64,000 nucleotides of DNA from NCBI GenBank assembly GCA_964590255.1, contig CAZPYA010000009.1, positions 791 through 64,790 of the forward strand. Reading direction: 5' to 3'. Source of the stretch: an uncultured bacterium (lineage in GTDB: Bacteria; Armatimonadota; Hebobacteria; CAIYQO01). Position 1 is the first letter of the stretch, and the number at the start of each line of letters is the position of its first letter. The position numbers were made by a program, and so were the translations under genes. Under the pieces are notes generated by a model. The model was given only the letters and a program-made list of their open reading frames with translations, searched no databases and had not been told where the DNA came from. Positions 1-7,765 of the stretch are shown piece after piece.

Positions 1-1
1 T

Positions 2-1786
2 GGCACCAACCCGCATTTCCGCCTGGTTCCGAATCTGCTGTGCTCTGCCGACGACCGGGCGAAGCTGCGTGAAGCGGAGTTTCTGCTCCACGGCGACCTT
101 ACGCGCACCACGCGCGCCGGGCGGCTGCGCGCAATCTGGGAGCGCTACCCGGATAATCGCGCTCATTTCGCCCGCTACATCATGCAGATAGCCAACGAAG
201 ATGTCGCATCCGACGCGGAGTTGCATGCTCTCATGCAGGAGTTGGCGCTGGGCAGGCAATTGGATCCCGATAATGGATTATACGACTATATTGCGGCGAA
301 AACCTGGTCGAGTTTCCTGATACCATTCGAACCTATGCCTTGGAAGAAAGAGCGTTCAAGCACGTATCGTCCACGTATGACAGATGATGCGATTCGGGCG
401 CGAACCTTCGCCGCTCTGCGTGCCGGGGCCGCGAAACCATGGTGCACCACACATGATGGCGAAAGACGCCGGAATATCTTGGCGCAGATGCCCCGGTCGG
501 CTTCCGCTTTTGATCGCTCGACCGAACTCCCGACCCTCGATGACCCGACGCTAGAGCTATCTTTACTGATGAGTCCATTAATACGTGCCATTCCCGACCA
601 TGCGCCTCACCTGGCAGCCAGTGGTCATCGTGCGGAGGCTCTTGCCCTGCTCGACCTGTGGCAGCCCATCACCCGTCAGCGCCTGCGCAGTGCCGAGACT
701 TATACAGGCTGCATGATGGCTACATCGTCTGTGGTATATGCCAAGCGTTTCTTTGTGCCTGTGTATCGCGAGCTTGGCGAAGCCCGACGCGCAAAGACAG
801 TATTCGATCGCACCGACGCCATGCTGAATGCATTTCAAGCGAGTAATCCAACTCACACACAGCGCGTTCGAGATGCCGAGATGGAACGTGCCGGACTATT
901 AGGGCAGATTGTATTGGGGATCTACCCAGGTTATTTTCAAATTGACGAACTCACCCCCGAGCGGAAATTCTGGCAATTCAGAGTTGAGAAGGTGACGGCC
1001 TGCCTGCTGGTTATCGCGATGCTGGCACTGCTGGCGCGGGCGTGGTTGTTGTCGCTGCGCCATTTTCTGGGGTTGCGGCAGGCGAACGCTGTTCCGCTGT
1101 TGCTGCTGCCATCGTGGGGTGTGACGATCAAGGTGGTGGCGCTGACCATCGTCTTGCCCATCGCGCTCTATGTCCTGTATAGCCAGTACAGCGGTCTGGC
1201 CGGTCGCGAATATGGCGGCATAATGCACTGGTTGCGCATGAGCATCGAGTTGCTGACATTGCTCATCGTGCTGTTAATCTGGCCGGCGCGGATGCTGTCA
1301 CAGCATATCACCCGGCGCTGCCGGCAGCTTGGCGTGGCGGTGCCGGACACGAAGGCGGCGCGGAGAGCGGGAGCGGTTGCGTTTTTTGGGGCCATCGGCT
1401 GGCTGTCGCTGATCGCCATCGTCTGTGCTGCCTGGTTCAACAACGACGACCCATCTGACATTTTTACGAAGCTGCGTCCCGCGCTGTTGATCTTCCTCGT
1501 TCTCGTTTCGGCTGGCATCGTGTTGAGCGGCAGACGATCAGCACATAGCTTCTCGCTTTTCTACGGCACGCTGACCCGGTCGTTGTTGCCCGGTTATGCC
1601 TGTGCCGTTTTGCTTATCGGCCTGTGCTGGTATCCATATCTGCAGTACCAGGAGACATACTGGCTGCGGCAAGACCGGCTGATCTTTATTCAACCCGATA
1701 GTGACGAGGTGTATAGACCGATTGAGCTGCGGGTGATGAAGGCAGTGCGGCAGAAAGTCGAAGGCGCATTCGACAGTTTGCCGTGA
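2..1786 (+). CDS. hypothetical multi-pass membrane protein (5' end outside window)
   Basis: The frame of ORF 182..1786 stays open back to base 2, so the gene is cut by the window edge. Soluble N-terminal half, then several hydrophobic helices (VTACLLVIAMLALLARAWLL, VVALTIVLPIALYVLY, IELLTLLIVLLIWP, AFFGAIGWLSLIAIVCAAWF). No family recognised. Confidence 0.6.
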   Translation, partial: GTNPHFRLVPNLLCSADDRAKLREAEFLLHGDLTRTTRAGRLRAIWERYPDNRAHFARYIMQIANEDVASDAELHALMQELALGRQLDPDNGLYDYIAAKTWSSFLIPFEPMPWKKERSSTYRPRMTDDAIRARTFAALRAGAAKPWCTTHDGERRRNILAQMPRSASAFDRSTELPTLDDPTLELSLLMSPLIRAIPDHAPHLAASGHRAEALALLDLWQPITRQRLRSAETYTGCMMATSSVVYAKRFFVPVYRELGEARRAKTVFDRTDAMLNAFQASNPTHTQRVRDAEMERAGLLGQIVLGIYPGYFQIDELTPERKFWQFRVEKVTACLLVIAMLALLARAWLLSLRHFLGLRQANAVPLLLLPSWGVTIKVVALTIVLPIALYVLYSQYSGLAGREYGGIMHWLRMSIELLTLLIVLLIWPARMLSQHITRRCRQLGVAVPDTKAARRAGAVAFFGAIGWLSLIAIVCAAWFNNDDPSDIFTKLRPALLIFLVLVSAGIVLSGRRSAHSFSLFYGTLTRSLLPGYACAVLLIGLCWYPYLQYQETYWLRQDRLIFIQPDSDEVYRPIELRVMKAVRQKVEGAFDSLP

Positions 1787-1916
1787 TGACTGTTTAGTTA
1801 TATTCTGCCGTTACGCTATGCTATCGCTAACTTGTCTCATGTCACACACATAATGACACTCATCCGCTTGTCTTCGTGTTATACTATCCCTGATATGCCC
1901 GTAAGGGAGGCAGGCG

Positions 1917-2312
1917 ATGGGCGAGGGAGCGAGGGAGCGGCCGGTATATCAGGTGTTGATGATCGATGATGACCGCGACGTGCGCGCGATGGTGGTGGCG
2001 ATGCTGGGGCGGCAGTACCGGGTGATGGAGGCCGGCGACGGCGCGACGGGGCTGCGGCTGCTGGGCGAGCACGGCGCCGACCTGGTGATCCTCGACGTCA
2101 CCATGCCCGGCCTGAACGGCTGGGAGGTGTGCCGGCGCATCAAGGACGACCCCGCCACCGCCGGCGTGCCGGTGCTGATGCTGACGGTGCGCAGCGCGGT
2201 GCGCGACGAGATGGAAATGTCGCTGGCCCGCCCCGACGGCCTGCTGAACAAACCCTTTGACCGCGCGGATTTGTTCGGGCAGGTGGTGCGGTGTTTGCGG
2301 GCGGGGGGCTGA
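1917..2312 (+). CDS. single-domain response regulator (CheY-like receiver)
   Basis: VLMIDDDRDVR...DLVILDVTMPGLNGWEVCRRIK...VPVLMLT...LNKPF is a classic receiver-domain pattern (DD, phospho-Asp in LDVTMPG, T, K). SD AAGGGAGG lies 6-7 nt upstream of the ATG. TGnTATACT extended -10-like motif at 1877-1885. Confidence 0.9.
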   Translation: MGEGARERPVYQVLMIDDDRDVRAMVVAMLGRQYRVMEAGDGATGLRLLGEHGADLVILDVTMPGLNGWEVCRRIKDDPATAGVPVLMLTVRSAVRDEMEMSLARPDGLLNKPFDRADLFGQVVRCLRAGG

Positions 2313-2400
2313 GCATCCCCGCGACACGCACTGTGATACGACAGACTGCTGTGCGTGGAACCCGTGCGAACGTCTGTGGTTGCGCGCCCCCGGCTCCTTC

Positions 2401-2532
2401 GCGCGACCTCTCCCCCATCCCCCTCCCCTACCTGGGGAGGGGTGAAATGGGGAGGAACAACACTACCGCTCTCGTTTTCCAATTCTCTCCCCCTCCCCAG
2501 GTAGGGGAGGGGGCCGGGGGGAGAGGTTGCGC
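2401..2532. repeat. GC-rich palindromic intergenic element (family A, short form)
   Basis: Outer inverted repeat gcgcgacctctcccc (2401-2415) / ggggagaggttgcgc (2517-2531), one mismatch. Inner hairpins cccctcccc-tacc-tggggagggg and ccctcccc-aggta-ggggaggg. The core acctctccccca.cccctcccctacctggggagggg recurs at about 18003 and about 39165. Confidence 0.7.
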
Positions 2533-2625
2533 GGAGGGACCGTTGACGACCCTCTGCATACCCATGCGCGTGCTCGCGGCTCGACGAAGTCTCGCCCGCC
2601 AGCGATGCGCATTATCCTCCGTTTA

Positions 2626-5600
2626 TCAGAACGTCGCCTTCCCCGCGCCGCTGGTCACTGTCACGCCGCCGGCTTGCGGGGCCACGGTGACGGCGGGTTG
2701 TGTTCCCTTATTGTAGGCGACGATGATGACCTGGAAGGCGCCGGCGCCTTTGAGGCGCAGGATGGACTGGGTTTCGGGCATGACGTTTTTGTGGGCGTAC
2801 TGGGCGATGAAGGCCTCCTGCGGCGCGTCCGCGATGACATAGACATCCCAGTCGATGCCGCCCGCGGGGTGCTTGTCGAAGGTTTGGCCGGTGTAATGCA
2901 GCTTGGTGACCCCGGCGGGGATGGTGAAGCCCTCGCCTACGTTCTTCGGCCCCTGCGGCGTGTCGATGGCGCCGGCGTTCATCAGGTTCAACAGGAAGAC
3001 CTTGTTTTCGGGGGTCGTGAAGGCATCGCGGATGCCGATGGCGGCCACGTCGTCCTTCAGCATCGCCGTCTTCACCGTGCGCGTCCAGGTGGTGGGTCCC
3101 CAGGTGAAGCTGGCGGTGGACCACGCTTCGCGCTCCCGCGTCTGCACGTCGATGGTCTTCGGCGCGCCCCAGCGGCCGCCCTTGCTCACGTCCGGCGGGT
3201 TTTGCTTCCAGTCGCCCACCTGCGCCTCGGGCAGCACCAGGCTGTGCACGAAGCCGCCGCCTGAGTGCGGCGAATACATGGTGCCGAAGTCCAGCGACAG
3301 CGGCGCGCCGAGGGCGTAGATGATCGCCTCGCCCAGGTCGTTGGAGGCGTGGTCGCTGTAGAAGCCGCCGTTGACGAACCAGGTGGCGGTTTCGTTGGGC
3401 GTGCCCCAGCCGAAGCGCTGCACCGAGTACCAGCCCTCAACGTGCGCCGAGCCCAGCTTCGGGTCGACCGCGGGCAGGCTCTCGTCGATTTTGAAGGTAG
3501 TGGCGCCGTGGAAGTCGGAGTGGGGCTTGCCGCACTGCTGCCACGCGCCCATCAATCGCTTGGAATAGTCGGGGTCGAGATCGGCGTAGGCGGTGGCGAG
3601 CATGCCGAGGAATTCGGTGGCCTCGCCCGGGCAGGAGTCGCCGATGGCCGGGCGGGCGCGGCGGCCGAAGCGCGGGTCGACCGGCGTGCTGAGGTGCATC
3701 TCGAACTCGCCATATTTCTTCAGCCGCGGCTCTTCCTTGAACAGGTCGACGATGCCCGCTTGCTTGAGCTGCTGGCAGGTGGAGAGCAGCGGGCCGTTGG
3801 CGGCGCCGATGTAGTGGGTGCAGCCCATGTGCGCGCCGTGCTCGTTGATGGTGCCGCGCACCATGCCCCGCGCGCGCTCGGCCACGCCGGCGGCGCGCTC
3901 CTTCATCATCGGGTGGGTGGCCAGGTACAGCGCATACATGTCGCGGTAGCCCTGCTGCTGCACGGGCATGTTGGCGGTGCCCAGGTTCACGCCAGACGGC
4001 ACGGACAGCGGGGCGTGGTCGTCGTCCCACAGCGCGGTGGCGTAGAAGAGCGCCGCCTGGCGCGCCAGCGCCTTGTCCTCGTCGCTGGCTTTGTCCGAGG
4101 CCAGCACCTGGTCGATGCGCATCAGCGCGCGGCTGCCTTCCAGCCCGGCGTGCCAGTAGCCGAAGCCGTGGGTGCCCATGATGCCGCCGCGGTTCACCAG
4201 CGTGTCCAGGCCGTCGTGCGCGCCGCGCCACAGGAAGTAGGCCATGGTATGCACGCGGGCGCCGGACTGGTCTTTGATCATGTCGAGCAGGTCGCGGAAG
4301 TAGGTGACGGAGTTATAGGCGCCGCGGAAGAACTCCGGGTCTTCGCGCAGCTTGCGCACGACCTCGTCCGCGCCTTTCTTCGGCATATACATCGCGCCGT
4401 AGCCGGCCTTAGGCGCCGGGAAGTCATAGGTGAGGTTGGCGATTTTGTTCAGCGCGATGCCGCTGTGCAGGTTCATCTGCAGATTGATGGGTTGGATGTC
4501 GCGCCAGTCGCGCAGGTCGGCGCCCTTGCTGCCCACGAAGAGGCGCCACTGCCAGCGCTTCTCGAGGCTGATGCGGCCGTCCGGCCCGCGCTGCCACGCC
4601 TGCACGGTGATGCCGGTGCTGTTATCGGTGCGGGTGTAGACGCCCACGCCCACCGCGCCGGCATGGCGCAGGCGCGAGGCGCGGCCGTCGTAGTAGCCGA
4701 CCAGCGGGCTGGCGTCCGCGCCGTCCTTGTCATAGAGCATCCAGTAGCTGCCACTGTCGAACATCCACGGGTCCCATGGCTGCATCCAGCGGATGCACCC
4801 CTCGTTCAGGCTGGTGACGTAGTTGGAGCTGTAGTTCTTATCGAACGGCAGGTCGAAGAAGGCATCGGTGGACTGGCTGCTCACCGGGCGACCGTCGGGC
4901 CGATAGCCGAACTTCGGGTCGCGCACACTGTGGCCGCGGTAGCGCGCCTGGGTCAGCGTCAGGCCTTTCAGGCTGATGTTGTAGCTGAAGGTGCAGTCGG
5001 TCTCTTCCTCGAAGAGCACGGAGGGCTGGCCGGCCTGCACCTCGACGCGGCAGACGTATTTGCCGGGGCCGGCGGGGCAGACGACGGTGGCGCCGTAGTT
5101 GAATTGCGCGCGGTCCAGCTCGTAGGTCAGCTCGGCGACGGTTTTCAGCGGGCCTTGCTCCACCAGGTTCACGGTCACTTTATTCACGCGCGTGCCGGGG
5201 GTGAAGACGATGGGGGCGGGTTCGTTCGTCCACGCGCCGTTCGCCAACTGCACGGCCAGCACCGGCGCGGGGGCTTTCTGCGGGTCGGCGGGGACGTGCG
5301 ACACGGGCAGGCGCACGCCCAGCTTGCCGTTGGTGATCTCCCAGAACGTCTTCTCCGCGGGCTGCGTCACCTTCACGCCAGTGGTGACGGCTTTCGGCGC
5401 GCGGCCACTCTTCAGCGTCCACGTCCAGTCGATGAGCAGCTCGTGAATGCCTGTGCCGGGAGTGAGCAGATCGATGGGTTTGCCGCCCGGCTCGGCGCTC
5501 ACGGCGAAGCGGTCGGCGGTGGCGTTGCACAGATAATAGGTGGCGCCGATCTTCAGCGGCTGCGGCAGTTCGCCGAAGCTGCGGAACTTCACCGGCGCGC

Positions 5601-6237
5601 CGTTGACCAGCTTGTGACTATGCACGTAAAGCGTATTGGCGTCGACATCGGCCACCAGCGCCTGGGCGGTGATGCCGGCGTCGGTGCCCTGCTTCTCGAT
5701 GGGGATGGGCGCGCCGTCGGGGGTTTCGGCCAGGCCGATGAAGTATAAGCCCCAGCCGCCCTCCTCGCGGAACTCCAGCGGCCGCACGTAGTAATTCGTG
5801 TTGCGCTGCAGGCCCGCGGGCAGCGCCGCGCCGTCCACCTGCACCACGTCGCCGGGGGTGAAGTAGGGGCCGTCGGTCGACAGGCACTTCTCCACGCCCT
5901 TCGTGTCGAATTTCTTATAATTCGCCGCCCAGCCTTCGCAGGTGTTGCTGAGGCCGCGACGGATCGCCATGCGCGAGGCGGCCAGGTGGGTGCGCACGGC
6001 GAGTTGTTTGCCGCCATTCACCAGTTGATACGGCACCTCAGCGCCGTTGGGCGCCAGCAGGTAGCACTTCGCCGGGTCGACGGGCGCGGCCAGGTCGAAG
6101 GTGAGAATCTGGTCGGGGTGCTGCACGCCGAAGGTTTCCTTCAGCGTGAAGGCCGCCACCGCGTCCTTCGGTGTGCCCGCCTGGCCAAATGCCGCCACGG
6201 CCAGCGCCGCCAGCAGCAAGTAGAGCAGTTGTCGCAT
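2626..6237 (-). CDS. large secreted protein, possibly polysaccharide lyase (heparinase II/III-like C-terminal region)
   Basis: Start re-picked at ATG 6237 (MRQLLYLLLAALAVAAFGQAG is a signal peptide); the track's longer 6357 start would overlap the neighbouring gene. The middle region (GYWHAGLEGSRALMRIDQV...ALWDDDHAPLS) looks alpha/alpha-toroid-like. SDHASNDLGEAIIYALGAPLSLDFGTMY resembles the heparinase II/III H-x-D...G...D-G...Y pattern. Function is tentative. Confidence 0.75.
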   Translation of the reverse strand: MRQLLYLLLAALAVAAFGQAGTPKDAVAAFTLKETFGVQHPDQILTFDLAAPVDPAKCYLLAPNGAEVPYQLVNGGKQLAVRTHLAASRMAIRRGLSNTCEGWAANYKKFDTKGVEKCLSTDGPYFTPGDVVQVDGAALPAGLQRNTNYYVRPLEFREEGGWGLYFIGLAETPDGAPIPIEKQGTDAGITAQALVADVDANTLYVHSHKLVNGAPVKFRSFGELPQPLKIGATYYLCNATADRFAVSAEPGGKPIDLLTPGTGIHELLIDWTWTLKSGRAPKAVTTGVKVTQPAEKTFWEITNGKLGVRLPVSHVPADPQKAPAPVLAVQLANGAWTNEPAPIVFTPGTRVNKVTVNLVEQGPLKTVAELTYELDRAQFNYGATVVCPAGPGKYVCRVEVQAGQPSVLFEEETDCTFSYNISLKGLTLTQARYRGHSVRDPKFGYRPDGRPVSSQSTDAFFDLPFDKNYSSNYVTSLNEGCIRWMQPWDPWMFDSGSYWMLYDKDGADASPLVGYYDGRASRLRHAGAVGVGVYTRTDNSTGITVQAWQRGPDGRISLEKRWQWRLFVGSKGADLRDWRDIQPINLQMNLHSGIALNKIANLTYDFPAPKAGYGAMYMPKKGADEVVRKLREDPEFFRGAYNSVTYFRDLLDMIKDQSGARVHTMAYFLWRGAHDGLDTLVNRGGIMGTHGFGYWHAGLEGSRALMRIDQVLASDKASDEDKALARQAALFYATALWDDDHAPLSVPSGVNLGTANMPVQQQGYRDMYALYLATHPMMKERAAGVAERARGMVRGTINEHGAHMGCTHYIGAANGPLLSTCQQLKQAGIVDLFKEEPRLKKYGEFEMHLSTPVDPRFGRRARPAIGDSCPGEATEFLGMLATAYADLDPDYSKRLMGAWQQCGKPHSDFHGATTFKIDESLPAVDPKLGSAHVEGWYSVQRFGWGTPNETATWFVNGGFYSDHASNDLGEAIIYALGAPLSLDFGTMYSPHSGGGFVHSLVLPEAQVGDWKQNPPDVSKGGRWGAPKTIDVQTREREAWSTASFTWGPTTWTRTVKTAMLKDDVAAIGIRDAFTTPENKVFLLNLMNAGAIDTPQGPKNVGEGFTIPAGVTKLHYTGQTFDKHPAGGIDWDVYVIADAPQEAFIAQYAHKNVMPETQSILRLKGAGAFQVIIVAYNKGTQPAVTVAPQAGGVTVTSGAGKATF

Positions 6238-6325
6238 GGGAATCCCCCTCGCATAGATGAACTTGATTCGATTGGACACTGGAACACGGTTATAGTTGTA
6301 CGCGGGGCGCTTCCCTGCCGCCGGG

Positions 6326-7492
6326 TCAGGACTCCGGCATGTCCCGGTCGAAGACATCGGGACCCAGCGGAGGGTCTTCCGTGTCCGCGGTTTTCGCCGG
6401 CGCGGGGGGCCCGGTGGGGACGGGCTCGGGCGAGCGGCCCTCGTGGATGAGCGGGTAATACCACTCGTTGTAGAGCACCTTGATCACCGCGGCGGCGGGG
6501 ACGGCGATGATGGCGCCGAAGAGGCCGAAGAGGCCGGAGAAGATGACCAGGGCAAAGATGAGGCTGACGGGATGCAGGTTCAGCGTTTTTTGCATCACCA
6601 TCGGCACGATGAGGTTGTTTTCCAACTGCTGGATGATGAGGAAGGCGAACACCACCATCACGCCCAGGAGCGGATTGATGGAGAAGCCCACCAGCGCGGG
6701 CAGCGCGGTGGCGATGATGGGGCCGACCACCGGCACGACTTCCAGCAGCCCGCCGATGACCGCGAAGGTCTCGATAAAGGGGATGTTGTGCGGCGAAAAG
6801 GCGTTGATGAGCAGCAGCGCCACGTAGTTCAGCGTGCCGATGATGATCCCCAGCAGCAGCGTGCCGAGCACCCAGCCGCGGATGCCGGCGGCGGCGCCGG
6901 CGCCGATGCGCTCCAGTTGCGGCCACCAGGCAGAAGGAAATAACCCGCGAATGCCGTAGAGTAACGGCAGCGGCTGCAACAGGGTATAGATCGTCGACAC
7001 GAGCACCAGCAGGCTGGCGGTGATGATCCCGACGACGCCGGCGAAGATGGTGCGCGCGGTATTAAAGAGCCAGCCGGAGGCATTGCCCAATTCGCCGAAG
7101 ATGCGGTTGGCGTCCAGCGCCGCGGTCAGGTCGGGGTAGCGCGCGAGCAGCGGGGCGAAGCGAGCGACGGTGGCCGTCCAGAAGGCCGGCAACTGCGCGA
7201 TGAACTCCTCACCCTGTGCCATTAGGCGCGGCACGACCAGCGCGATGACCAGACCGACGAACAGCAGCATGCCGGCGACGACCAGGGCGACAGCCGCGCC
7301 GCGCGGCACGCGGCGATTGGTGAGGCGGCGCACGAGGGGTTCCAGCGCCAGCGCCAGCAGCACCACGACGATGAAGAGCTGCAGCACCGACCAGACCAGC
7401 GGCGCGAGAATGAAGAGGATGACGACCGCGGCGACCAGCGCGATGGTGGTGGTGATCAAGCGCAGGGCGTGCGGATATCTGGAATCGGGCAT
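6326..7492 (-). CDS. AI-2E family transporter (PerM/UPF0118)
   Basis: 8-TM profile with the family-typical C-terminal block LEVVPVVGPIIATALPALVG...IIQQLENNLIVPMVMQKTLNLHPVSLIFALVIFSGLFGLFGAIIAVP. SD GGAGGA lies 8 nt before ATG 7492. Confidence 0.9.
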   Translation of the reverse strand: MPDSRYPHALRLITTTIALVAAVVILFILAPLVWSVLQLFIVVVLLALALEPLVRRLTNRRVPRGAAVALVVAGMLLFVGLVIALVVPRLMAQGEEFIAQLPAFWTATVARFAPLLARYPDLTAALDANRIFGELGNASGWLFNTARTIFAGVVGIITASLLVLVSTIYTLLQPLPLLYGIRGLFPSAWWPQLERIGAGAAAGIRGWVLGTLLLGIIIGTLNYVALLLINAFSPHNIPFIETFAVIGGLLEVVPVVGPIIATALPALVGFSINPLLGVMVVFAFLIIQQLENNLIVPMVMQKTLNLHPVSLIFALVIFSGLFGLFGAIIAVPAAAVIKVLYNEWYYPLIHEGRSPEPVPTGPPAPAKTADTEDPPLGPDVFDRDMPES

Positions 7493-7585
7493 GGTAACGC
7501 TCCTCCGTGTTCCGGGCGCTGTCGCCCGTGAGTGTCCGCGTGGGGCGTGCCGCCGACTTCCGCGGCGGACAGGTTAAATCGGGCG

Positions 7586-7658
7586 TATCCGTGGTACAAT
7601 AGCACGGATATGGCGTGACCCGCCACCCTATTATACCGTATCACGGCGGGCGGGTCAG
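7586..7658. promoter_or_regulatory. putative divergent promoter region (AI-2E gene leftward, TPR gene rightward)
   Basis: Minus strand: CTGACC (7653-7658), 17 nt, TATAAT (7630-7635). Plus strand: extended -10 TGgTACAAT (7592-7600) sits in the loop of palindrome TATCCGTG...CACGGATA (7586-7610). Motif-level evidence only. Confidence 0.35.
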
Positions 7659-7765
7659 CGGCTTGCCGGCGCGTTGCGCGCCATTTTTGCGTAATAATTC
7701 CCGCACAGCGGCATCCTGCCGATACCGCCTGCGCGGCAACTGCAGCTACCGTAGTGGAGGAGATT

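Noticed and set aside
2291-2716. P/G-rich ORFs such as 2291..2716(+), 38537..39250(-), 17631..18005(-) and 20520..20975(-)
   Set aside because: They are translations of the GC-rich palindromic repeat families (PLPYLGRGE, PPPQVGEGAGG, REPV.ERYWARLRRA recur because the DNA repeats recur). They have no SD and overlap intergenic repeats.
3265-5748. Long alternative ORFs: 827 aa here, plus 36674..38515(-), 56999..59161(-), 49378..51357(-), 47185..48732(-), 61950..63974(+), 54825..56171(-) and 18219..19298(-)
   Set aside because: All are antisense to genes with clear motifs or signal peptides (the heparinase-like protein, deacetylase, beta-helix proteins, RHS, pdhA). All show the same Arg/Ala/Gly/His-rich shadow composition.
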